Source: Phoronis australis | Taxonomy: Eukaryota; Animalia; Phoronida | NCBI GenBank assembly: GCA_002633005.1 | Contig: NMRA01000011.1 | Location: 1,090,855 to 1,154,854, forward strand | DNA length: 64,000 nt | Reading direction: 5' to 3' | Shown: in pieces, positions 36,601-47,989 of the stretch | Numbering within the stretch: position 1 is the first letter of the stretch | Layout of the letters: each line of letters begins with the position of its first letter | Translations under genes and position numbers: made by a program | The notes under the pieces: generated by a model | Databases searched by the model: none | What the model saw: only the letters and a program-made list of their open reading frames with translations | What the model was told of the DNA's origin: nothing

Positions 36601-38695
36601 CAGACTCTTCCAGTCCAAAGGAACAAAACGGAAACCACTTATGCGCAATGTCAGTGTAACGCGTGTCGCCTTCGTCTTAAAAACAGTATTTCCGTTTCTC
36701 TTCAATTAAAAATCATGAAACGAATTTGACCGCAAACCAGCCAAAATGATAGTATCTCAACACAAAACGAAAAGGTTTCAAAATAACCACAATTAAATAT
36801 GTCCTTTTCAAATTGTTTTAGAATTCAGGTGGTGCACCAACAAAATGGCGACCACAGTTGAATGGCATCACTTTTTATGAATTGTCGGAAAGCACAACTA
36901 AAAGCAGGACATGACCGTAATTTACGAAACGTTCTTATTTCAGTGGTGTCTATCGGTTGATGAAACTCTTTCAGTGTTTTGAATTAGAGAAAATAACGCA
37001 AACGATCTCTTTGAGGCGTTTTATCCCCATAGTTCGGCTTGTCAAAGTCTTCTATTCTTCAAGGAATGTCGACGTCTTAATATTTGACAGCAGAGTTCTT
37101 TGGCTAACAACCATTAAAAATCACGGAAACACGATTGTAGCAAATAGAACAAAGAAACAAAACATGTAGTTAACTACATGTAGAAGATATTAACTTTAAA
37201 CGAGATACGAGAATGGTCTTCCTGAGGTGTGCATGCGTGAATGAATGGTGTACTTATTTGTTTGTTTGTTTTTATAATTGTTTGTAAATGATAATAAATA
37301 CATAAAAAACATGTTTCATGCGAAAAAATCATGTTTTCGAAAATTATGGCGATCTCTGTGAAAAATCAAGATTTTTATTAAAAACGAAATCTCGTAATTA
37401 CGAAAAATCTGAAAATTGTTTCTGCGCTCATAATATGATTATGCAATCAACATGGATTTTAAATATGCACAATCAAATTAGTCTACAGTTAAAACTGTGC
37501 CACCCTTGTGTTCTCTCGGTCAGTCCGCGGATTTTGATAAAAATACACAAATGGTGAAAATCCTTGAAGTGTCATTCTTCAAACTCACGCCGGGTACTTT
37601 AGCCTTGGTTCGCAATTCCACTTTACAAATCTGCAGCTAAAGGGAGAACTGTAAGTCACGTTGCGCTAGTTTTAAGGATTGAAGTATAAAAATTGAAACG
37701 AAATTCAATTCGCTGGACAAAACTAAATCGTCACAACCGTATTCAGCTGACGAAACATTCTCGCAGTGACTTGAAACTCATGTAAACTGTCACAGTGCGT
37801 GACCACAAACTGTTTGTGTAGCGGCCGTTCAAGTTTTTTACAATAACAAAATCTCATTTTGGTAGAGTTAGTTCCCACCTGTTAGTCGAGTTGTGATTAG
37901 CAACTAGAATGCCACTGATAGCTTTATCACGCGATAAAAGTAACGTTGTAGATTAAAAGTACTATAAATCATCCTTCTGTTCAAAAAACTAATTTATGAT
38001 TCATCCACTTACCGCTATATCAAAAGTGATTCCTGAGCTTGTCAAAAGAGAGAAGGCTTATACGTTCACTGCTTACTTAGCACAGTGGCATGACTAAGCT
38101 GGTCAGTGATGTGGCGCGTCTGGTCTCAGGCAGTAACGTAGGGCCAGGGTGCTTCAAGCCAGGGACTCGCCAATAATCTGAGTAATTTGAGACTAGGGGC
38201 CCGTTTCAAGAAACTGACTTAAGTTCATTTTTGACATAAGTCTAAGATTTGTCTCAAATTCCAAACTTAAATCAAACTTATAAGATCTCTTTCTGGAAAC
38301 GGACTTGAGACAAATTTAAGTTTATCGAAAAATTGGCTGAAATTTAAGATTTGTCTTAACAAAGTCAGTTTTCTTGGAACAGGTCCCAGTTTTACAACGG
38401 TAAGTGGTTTAATCAAAACTTGTTTTTTTTTTCGACAGAAGACGCGTTTGCACATTTACGTTTAACAAAATTCGCTTCAATTACACACGGAAAAAATTCC
38501 GCGGAATTTCACTTTTCGCATTATAATATCACAATCGGTTCTCAAAGGTCGAACAAGTCACAGGAAATGGCTTTACACGCGCCATTTATACATTTTCTCT
38601 AAAACTCATGATTTTCAAGAAAGCAAATTAAAATAAAGCAAACAATTCTTACCAGGCCGCGCATTTGCACCTTCCACTTGGACGTCGGCATCCAT
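28925..38695 (-). CDS. Uncharacterised 684-aa protein with two copies of an unassigned ~125-aa domain; exons 38695-38653, 35903-35690, 32259-32147, 30609-28925
   Basis: Phase-consistent GT-AG exons (phases 1, 2, 1) give a 2055-nt ORF. The spliced N-terminal part aligns with an internal segment of the last exon (HKHKYFVGWTAEQLEDIDPLVRP / HKNNYFLDWTQEQINELDPLVRP; WAEEFRSRL / WAEQFRARL; LWRQHSADYR / LWREHSGKYR), which independently supports the splice model. Confidence 0.82.
32147..32259 (-). CDS. Tandem-domain gene exon 3 (NEFNRMKYLQF...GGFA)
   Basis: Acceptor tttacttcag, donor CAG|gtattg; second half of repeat 1. Confidence 0.88.
32527..32620. repeat. (GAT/GGT)n low-complexity tract
   Basis: gatgatgatgatgatggtggtggtgatgatga, intronic. 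Confidence 0.75.
35690..35903 (-). CDS. Tandem-domain gene exon 2 (KVKHAKR...LHMN)
   Basis: Acceptor ttgacag, donor CAG|gtgagt; first half of repeat 1. Confidence 0.88.
38196..38388. mobile_element. MITE with PIF/Harbinger-like termini
   Basis: ggggcccgtttcaagaaactgactt / aagtcagttttcttggaacaggtccc inverted ends; AT-rich interior. Confidence 0.6.
38653..38695 (-). CDS. Tandem-domain gene, first coding exon (MDADVQVEGANARP)
   Basis: gcaATGG context; in-frame upstream TGA; donor CTG|gtaaga in phase 1; acceptor ttatttttag at 38718. Confidence 0.6.
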
Positions 38696-41600
38696 TGCGT
38701 CTCAGGTTACCAGGTAACTAAAAATAAGCCAAGCACTTTGAAAGGTTCAATTTTATACGAAACGACAAGGAAACACACAACATCTTCGATGAATTTTGCT
38801 CCGAGGCAATCCTTAAACAACATTATGAAACAGATATTACAAAGGCTTTGTAATTACGAAGCTATTTTTATATTGCACAAAGATGTAATAATTATGGCAC
38901 CAGGTCTCAGCCAGGGTTGAATTGTATGTCACTGATAGAGAACGCGTGACGAAGACTTCATCAAAAAATAATACTGCGTATCCCCGTGTTTTACAAGACC
39001 ACGAGAAAGTCATGACAATATCTTTGGGAAAACGGTCAAAATACCTCGATTCCCACGCAATTTAGGCTCTGCCTCGTCTTAGCGACTAAAAAGGTTTTAG
39101 CGTTTACTGACACGTCTGTATAATACACAAGCACGACACAAAATGACTAAAAGCATGAAATCGACACCGAAAACTAAGGAAAATAAGGCGAGACCTCCTA
39201 CACAGAGTGTCCGTAACAATCTTCCTAGCTAGCACTTGTCATAATAAAGTACAGTAACCACCCTTGTCATCGGCAGCCGACAACCAAAGGGCATTCGGTG
39301 CAACTGCTGTTAGAGCGCGCTTTTTGCACTTGCCATAATCAGTTTCAGTGTTGTCTGCTGACAGCGGTTAGAAAAAGCCTGACCAAAAGCGGTCGCGAAC
39401 AGGAAACAATTCATTAAAAACTTGCGAGGTGGTGGTACAATGACTGCACTGGTCAGCTTGTTGTCATTTGTACGAGATGGTCCAAATGCGATACGTACAC
39501 GAGTGTTACGGCGAAACTCGGCTGGAGTGAGTCAACGAGGGCGTTTTATATCATGTAACCTGTTTTTAGTCATAATTTACCATGTATCATCAAAGCCAAT
39601 TTCGGAGACCTAGCGAAAACCAGAAACAGAATATGATATGTGAAGGAACAGACATTTGTTTCCTTTCCAGTTTTTCAAGGAACCACGTGGTACATGAAAC
39701 GTAGAGAGCCAAATATAAAAGTCGAGTTTTTACAACGGCAGAAGTTTCTGTAGTTTTTGACCCCCAAGCATTGCAATTCTCGCAAAGCAAAACACTGTAT
39801 ACACGTACTTAAAGATACCACGCAGTGAATTTAATCACGTTACACGACGGCGCAGCATCGTGCATCTGTCATTTTCGTTTCACGTGTCCTCAATGACCAA
39901 TACAGGTCCTAACTTTTTAAATTGCATATATATATTCAGGATTTTTCCAGAGACTGTTAGCAGGGATTTTAATGAAAATAACAATATCCCACAAACTAAC
40001 CAGCGTTCCATAAGATTACAGAATTTTTTGGCGTATAGAGTATAAATACAAAGACATGAAAGACAAATAATACAAGGCATTCTAAATCTCATCACACGGA
40101 CGCACGCACGCACGCGCGCACAAACACACACACCCACCCCTCAACATACCCACCCACTTTAGCTAGGATGTTGTCAGGAAAAGTTAGGGTTAACCGGCAT
40201 TAGTTTAAGTCACAAGGTTAACTAAAAGTATTCTTTCCATCAAAATTGCAAGAAAAATAGATGCACAGTTAACAAAGCACCACCTGTCGTGTGTAAAAGA
40301 AAAAAAAATCGGAACCTGAAGCCGACGTATTAATTATACTCAATATGCTTGCAAAGGTTTATCGCATTCACATTTTATTTGAAAGCAGCACCTTTTTGTG
40401 GTTGAAAGGTACATATTTGAGCAGGTAGAGGCCTCGAGCCAAAGCTCAGGGTCACTGTTTATTTTTTGTATCTAAACATACTATATACAAGGAACACTTT
40501 CTTACTTAATGACAGCATCCTCCAATGCTGTTCCGCGAGTAGATTAATTGTAAGCGTGTGAACGCGACCTCGGCCAAAAACGAAGTAGAAACTCAGAACT
40601 TGCATGCAGCGATCCTCAAATGAACCGTGAACCTACCGCAAGCTGGGATTAACCCGCATGGTTTTAGGCACATTGCCTTCGCATTTTATGCATTATATCT
40701 ATCAGACAATCAAGAAACATGTTGACTTAAAACGTTACGTGGGGTCTTATCGGCTAGTCTATGTCTTTAGCCAAATAGCTACAAAACTATAGATTTTAAC
40801 TCAGAAAATGTACATAATTGTCTGAAAGTACAAACCCTGAAGGATTTGAATTGTGGGATTTGTTTCCGGTCCACGAGTGAAAAAAATAAGTGCAAGTACA
40901 AGCGGATGTCTTTTGGTCCACGAAAAGCAAAACGATATGCTTGGAGACGAACATCTTTTGTCTCATGGTGTGGGAACACTTGCGTGGCCGTGAAGTATTC
41001 ATTACTGTCCACAAAAAAGTTAGTGACAACCGACGTTAAAACGCTATACCAGGGTGATACAAGAGTCCTCGATATCATCTGGGTGCCTAGTTACGAGACT
41101 ATAAATGACGTAAACAATAGTTACTAATGCGGAATAGATATTAGTACTACAATCACCATCTTAAAATAAATACAGGTTCATTCCCGCAGAACATAATTTG
41201 CTTCCAGCATTTACAAAACGTAAGCGAAAGCGCTCAAAGGAAACTGTCATAAATCCAGTTTTCTCATAAGACAGCTGCCAGCATTTCATAGCTAAACAGT
41301 AACAAAGAATACATAAAACAACGAGCGCCTGGGGCGAGACACATATCTTCGACACACTTTTTAAGATTTGCAACCAGCTAGTTTATAGCTATACAGTGGC
41401 AGATCTACGTTTTCAGTAAGGGGGGGGGGGCGTTAGGATTCGAGCGAATCATAGGCGCGTAGCGCCGAGCGGAAGGAAGGTCGGGAGGAGGTTCCCCCCT
41501 CTCGTGTAAGATTTTTTTTGTGGTTTTTAGAAGCTGATTTCGTTTTTTCTGGCGAATTTTTTTTTTCAATTTTTATTTTTGATCCTGTCCCGAGGGGGGN

Positions 41601-42038
41601 ATTTCACATCATAAAGAGTTCCATAGCAACTCGAGTATGAGTGTCAGATTTGAGTACGTTTGGAGTCTACTCGAAATACGACATTAGATACACTTTTTTG
41701 AGTACGACTCCAGTGAGCACGATTTTGAGTATGAAATCTCGAGTATGAGTATGAGTCTGAGTACGGAGATTGGAGACCGGGCCCAGATGTCGTGTCTCCA
41801 TGACGGTCAACAATGTACAAATCAATTTGACTTAAACTCTGAGCAACCGCGTCACAGCTGTAGGAGCACGTGTGAATATGTACTAGTTACTCTCTCGCAT
41901 TACACGTGTTGAACAACTGGGAAACCGACCGTAGGATGTTTTTGAGGCGCGGCCATGTTGGTTACGCCTCCGCACTTTCGTGTATTTTTCGATGCAGTCG
42001 CCGCAAAACTACACCCTATCGCAGCGCCATCTGTGCTC

Positions 42039-42098
42039 GGGAGGGAGGGAGGGGGGAGGGAGGGAGGGAGAGGGCGGGGGGAGGGAGGGAGGGGGGGA
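42039..42098 (+). repeat. (GGGA)n polypurine tract, G-quadruplex-prone
   Basis: gggagggagggaggggggagggagggagggagagggcgggggg... Confidence 0.8.
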
Positions 42099-44114
42099 GA
42101 GCGTTTAGCAAACATCATAAATAAGGGGCCTCAAACTGGTTCTCAAAACCCAAGCTTTTTAGATAAAGTCTCCTAACTGCAGCTGAAACGAGACGGAATC
42201 ATTTTTACACCTGGCGCACCCACTTGACAGCCAACTGAAATGGGTCGAGATCCTTCATTTTCTTTCTTTTACCCAGCGCTGCCTGCTGGCATGCGTGAGG
42301 CGCTGGTTTCAAAATCAGTCGGGCGCAGACCAGAATCAGATATGGTATTTTTGGCATGCTACAGAAGTTCTCTGGCCTTCTTGGCTATAATCACGTCATC
42401 AACAATAAGTGAAGCAGTTATTCCGATTTCACAAACGAAACCGCTAAGGTGGAAATCAAAGTTAAGTGTTTTTCCTTTCCCGCGCGACAGATAGTTAAGC
42501 ATGAGCACCACTCAAAATGTAGTGTTCGCCCTCAGCTTCCAAACACTGGGGCCCAGTGAACCCATTTTCCAAAATTTTTTATGTCCACTTCCAAATTATT
42601 GGAGTCCGTGAAAACCATCCAGAAATCCGACGATTAAAGTCGGCCTGTTGGTACTATCATCAACAGAAAACATTAAAAAGAAGACCACGGTAGAAAACAG
42701 AGTTTTTTTATTTATTTGATGTTATTACTCAAAACTTAAAATTGCGTCCAAGGTCACGCATCGATCAACTAAATATGCGCCAGACGACGGGAAAAACGCT
42801 GCCTCGACCGAACATAGAAAATAGTTTATTTGATATGCGAAAAAGTGTCGAATGCGGCATAGAATATTCGTTGCATCCAAAATGAGTCTGCGCCGACAAT
42901 GAAAAGTGGAAATTTTTTTTACCTACCGGGAGCGACCCGCTCCTTTCCTGAGGAATGGTTTCAGCGGGACAGACGGAGCTTCCCGCTGTACTCTCGCGAA
43001 ATACTATCTATTGTGCCTTCGGAGAGGTGTACAGAGCGAACTATACAACAGACTCCAAAATCTTTTCAAAATGGGTCTCCGATGATCAGTCATGGAAAAC
43101 CTGTGCCGAATGAGCTGTTCACATGTGTTTGCCGCAAGCTGGCTCTGTTCCGTGATCTTCCTACCGAGCGGTGCTTACACTCTGTATGATGTCGCTGTTT
43201 ATTTCACTGCATATTTCGCTACCGTCATGTTCAATTTACCAAGTGCCTGAGGATGAGACATGCGCTCTCGAAATACAACTATTTTAACTTATTTGTAATG
43301 CCCATTAACAATTTACTTTACAACTGCACGTCTGAAAGTTGTAAATAGTACAAAGTGTTTTGAGTGTCCAATAGAAAGTTCAATCGTATTTTAAATCACG
43401 TTTGTGTTAATGAATGGCTGCTACTGAGTGTTACGTGGGAGTAATGTGACCCTAGAACTCACGCATTGGCACTTTCAGTAGCCTCGTTTTCAGGTTCTTG
43501 TCTTTCATGCAAAAAAAAACAAAAAGCTGGTGTAATCTTTCAACTCTGGAAAAGTGGCACTGTGCAAGGAAGATGCTGGGACACGGCGGAGATCCCGTCA
43601 GTGGGCATCAGTGCGCAGGTCACATTGGACGTTTGTTATACACAAACAGTTAGGGAATAAGCTAGACAAACATAGTACACCGTTCTGTTATTTTGGCTGT
43701 TTATTAACTGAAGCGGAATGCATCAATGTAGTCCGCGTAGTTGTTGCAGCAGCCGCAAGTCACAAACACATGCTCTCAACTTCCAACAAATTCCGGGTAT
43801 TTCATCTAAGGCGGTGATTTAGTTTTTCAAATGCATTATGGGGCGGCTGTCGGCTCGTAAGCATCCGGTGACATCACAGAAACTTGGTGACTTGAAAGCA
43901 TAACGAAGGAAACAGCACTTGTCACATGAGCTCACCATAATCAAAAGCACGGGTCCACTGTAACATGCTCTTTGGTGCGAGTATCGCCAAACAACAATTA
44001 ATATGTAAAACCTGTGGTTGGAAAACTGAAGTGGCGACCAATGTATTGATTGAATACATAGACTTTCAGTAAATCGTTTGCGAGAAAGATTCGCTACATC
44101 CGAAAACGCTGAAG

Positions 44115-44860
44115 TTAAAGGGGAAAGCAGCCGTTTTTTATATTACCTTTGATGACAACAGCAACGCAGAGCGTTGAAATGCGCCCACGAATGCACCGCA
44201 AATGGTGTTTTTAGGGCTGTTTATTTGTATCATAAAAATGGCCACTAGATGGCGCAAAATACGTCCAATCCATCCGAAAACGGGGACATGACACCGTTTT
44301 TTAATAGAAAGCTATTTTTTGAATCTCATAACAATCCATGAAGAAACTTCAAAGAAACAGAGGAAAATGAAAATGAAATTGCCTCTAGGGGGCACAGCGT
44401 TCGTCAGATACGTCTGAAAGTCGTCGTCGTTCGTTGTAAACTTCATATGAATACATTTGCTAAATTTAATTGAACATCCTGCAGAGTGTTTAGGAGATAC
44501 AGCTATGAGTGCAAAAAACTGCCACTAGGAGGCGCCACAGTAGTCGAAGTCGTAGGAAAATCGTCAGCCCTCCTCTTTGCATTAGTAACATATATGCCAA
44601 TTTCCACAATCATCCTTAGATTGGTTTGGTAAACAGAGGGGCAGATGCCAAAAAAAAGACTCGAAAACAGTAAAAATGGTCACGGGGTGACGCAAAATAC
44701 CTTGAATTCAACCGAAAACCAGAGGATAGCGTCACCTCACTACTAGATGCCTATTTGTTAAATTTTATGAAATTCCGTTGAGAACCGTTGTAGATACAGA
44801 GGTAAACGTAAAAAACAAAAAAATGCCACTAGGGGGCACACCGATAGTGTGATCCAAAAT
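44115..44860 (+). repeat. Repeat element with ~140-bp diverged tandem units, each carrying a CTCF-like motif
   Basis: GCCACTAGATGGCGC 44241, GCCTCTAGGGGGCAC 44381, GCCACTAGGAGGCGC 44521, degenerate 44679, GCCACTAGGGGGCAC 44825; begins TTAA-AGGG. Confidence 0.65.
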
Positions 44861-45400
44861 TATGTATTGCACCACGCAAGTAAGTATACCGCCGATTAAA
44901 ACTTTTATGCCGCGATCTAGTGAATCGTGCAGGCAGTTAGAGTGCTTGGTTCAACAACAATTAATGGATTCTCAATGGAGAAAAAACACGTACGTTTCAC
45001 AGACATAACAATGAGGCCCCGATTGGGTGAAAAATTAACGTGTCACCGCATGTGTTTACACTTAATTTAATTATCCAAGAGGTTATCAAGTTCAGATAAA
45101 GCGTGTGTAACTGAAAATTACAGGCCATCTCTTGACCATGATTGAACGCGTTCGTTCGCAGGAAAAATGTTCGCGTAACTCTTAAAATCCCCATGACGAT
45201 GGCGTTTTCCAGTTGCTTCCGTGGGGGGGGGGGTGCTCCCAAAAATTCGCTAATGGTCAACTCAAATTTTACGCAAAAGTTGCAAAGTTTTACATTCACT
45301 GTCGTTAGGAAACCATCCTCTGTTCTATTCACTTGATATTCAGAAAATCTCGAAGTCCGAACTTACATAATTAATGTTCTGTTTACGAATTACGAGTGCA

Positions 45401-46031
45401 CCAAGCCTCAAGATTGCGCGGACCGGTTTAGCCATTTGAGGCTTGATGAGGAGATATCCTTTCTGCGCGCTGATTGGCCGTAGACGACGTTCACCGCTGA
45501 CAAGAGCGACACAAGAAACCCTCAAACACTTGAATCTCTGAACACTTAAATACCAGTTCTGGAAGATTCTTGTCTTTACTTTTTGATGCGATGATTTGAT
45601 TATAATAATATTTTTTCCAGAAACTGAACAAAATCTAAACGTAGATTTGAAGTATTGTCACAGGCGCTGTAGTTAGTACCATTCGTGATTCGGAAGCACA
45701 CTATACTATTTTCGTTATTGTGTGAAATAAGGTGCACGCATACTTATTGTCAAGTCTAATTTATCGAAAGCACCATAGAAATTATCCTGCTTTGGAATTC
45801 AAATGCATCATTTTTCAACGATCTAATTCTGAGCAGCTGCATAAATACCGTTCGTTTTGATTTTTTGTATTATACCACAGCAATTTCACAGGTGATATAA
45901 CTTAATGTCACTCGCGATATTCCTGCGATTTCCGTAAAAACGTCTCCGAATTCTAAAACACGCAAGTGAATTTTAATTCACGTCAACAAGCCTCAAATGG
46001 CTAAACCAATCAGCCTCATCTTGAGGCTTGG
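45401..46031. mobile_element. ~630-bp MITE, copy 1
   Basis: TIR ccaagcctcaagat...atcttgaggcttgg with internal ggtttagccatttgaggcttg / caagcctcaaatggctaaacc; diverged inverted copy at about 59585-60080. Confidence 0.75.
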
Positions 46032-46267
46032 GAATGCGGCTGGCGAGCACCTTGATCCCCTGCCACAATCATGTGCAAAATAGCCCTATTCAATAGTGCG
46101 GAATGGCGTCACAAAAAAGGCTATCGCGAAATTCTTGCGGCTCGTGGAATGGAAATACCATTTTTACTAGCAGCTCATCCCCAAAATTCAACATTCCAGC
46201 CGCACCGACCAATCACTCCTGTGACAATCATTTTGCCAGTGTAGGGTCGCGCGAAACACTCGCCTTT

Positions 46268-46394
46268 CACTTGCATGATCTTATGTGATTTTGCATGGCC
46301 TTGCGCCATTTTGTATGGCCTTGCGTGATTTTGCATGGTCTTGCGCGATCGTGCTTTTCTTGCATAAAATGTGCTCCACGGAACGCAGTCCCAG
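46268..46394 (+). repeat. Dispersed repeat with 10-bp subunits (TTGCATGATC)
   Basis: Related copies ending in GGAACGCA at about 31095-31166 (+) and 36322-36378 (-). Confidence 0.65.
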
Positions 46395-47830
46395 TTAATA
46401 AGACATTAAATATGCAATGCCTCATTAAGTTGTGAATATGCAAATGAAGTACTAGTTTATAAAATACCCCGGGTCTTCTGGTGTGCTGGAAACCATCCGA
46501 GAACCAGTTAACATTACAATCTCGAGAAAGTCTCGTTTTCATACGCGCACCCAGCCTTTAATATGGGGGTGACTCGAATCTCTGACAACGTGGACCTTTT
46601 GCTAGCAAAAAAGCGGGAGCACAAAAAAATGTAGTACCACCTTCAGGTCTGTGAACTGTGCGTCTGCGCCTTTTTAGTGGACTTTCGTCTCCTTTTCTCG
46701 AACTTTTTGTTTCTCTGAGGCGGACCTTTTACCACTTCGAGTCCCCCTGGGGACGCGCATGGTTTTGCTAGACTATTTTTATGTAAATGTGTATGGTAAT
46801 ATGTCATCGTTACCCAAATGAAACAAGGCACACTTTTTATTATTTGTTCACTATCAAATAACAATTGCATAATATTTGGAATTACTAGCGTTTTCTGTAA
46901 GGTTCCACGTGTTTTTAAATGTATCAGTTATGGTGTTTTCTTTAAACCGCAATTTATTTACACATTGTTTCTTTTCCCGATTATACTTGTACACACTATT
47001 CTCCAGGAAGTCACAAGGTGGCGCTTGCTACAAATTTAAATATTCATGGTTTAATGAGACACAGCTTCTTTAACTGGCATTGTGCAACTAAATCTCGTGT
47101 ACAATGGTTGCGGCTGAGTTCTGTAGACGCAACAATTTCGCGTGTAAGGATTGGTGTTATAGCGTGCTTCGCTTGACCATATTTCAGGAAGTCTTGTGTT
47201 TTCATGTATTGTTGGCCGCTGGAGGAAAGTGTCACCCTTAAATTGCGATAATAAATTTTGGAAGTAAAGACACTTTCTCGCAGCTCATATGAAAAAGTTC
47301 ACTCCCACCCATGACAGGAAAATTCTTTCTTGAATACAGTTGTTGATGACCACAGAGGCGTTTATGTAACACAGTGACAATATCTTTGGGGTGCATGCCA
47401 GTGAAGACAGGGGACATGTCGTTGGATGCGAGCACCAAGCCTTCTTCATGCAAAAAAGCTCTCACTTTGTCCACTAAGTCCTGGGTGTTGACAACATGGT
47501 GAGTGTCTAACTAGTGGTGACAAAACGTCTGCAACAAATTTAGCAACACAATATATGACCAAGTCAGTGCTACTGATAACGAGTTGTATTGGCACAGATG
47601 TTGGCTTGGGGATTTTGGGAGACCGTAGAACAGTGCGATGTTAGCTTCTGTAGCTGGAGTTAGAAACCTCTCCTAATTATCGCTGTTCTTATCTAGCTGT
47701 TCACTTTACTCACAATCTCCTAAAACGTAGATCACGTTCTTGTAAGTTGTTGCGTGATGACCAAGACGTTTGTTCTTGTAGCGTTACTCATAAAACAGTA
47801 TACAACACATTTGCCTTAAATATATGTTGG

Positions 47831-47989
47831 CAGTGGTCGATTTAGCGGGTGGCCAAGGAAGCCATGCCTCCCCCCTAAAATTCCCCCAGATTCCATTTGG
47901 CAGTTCGGGGGTGCGAATGTCCGACAGGCAAAATCCTGGCAAATACCCTGCCCTGGGCCTCCTAACTAAAAATCCTGGACCCGCTCCTG
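47831..47989 (-). mobile_element. ~160-bp MITE with CAG termini and 5-bp TSD (GTTGG)
   Basis: gttgg|cagtgg...ccgctcctg|gttgg; interior is the reverse complement of 56035-56190. Confidence 0.75.

Noticed and set aside
38013-38037. Possible micro-exon with gtaagt donor in the orphan gene
   Set aside because: Its only stop-free frame exits in phase 0, incompatible with the main exon-2 acceptor; it would need a weak alternative AG. Unsupported without RNA data.
41900-42176. Pro-rich and Gly/Arg-rich ORFs
   Set aside because: Translation of the (GGGA)n tract.
44241-44839. CRISPR-like array interpretation of the periodic motif
   Set aside because: Eukaryotic context, degenerate 15-bp motifs, spacers homologous to each other, and no cas genes.
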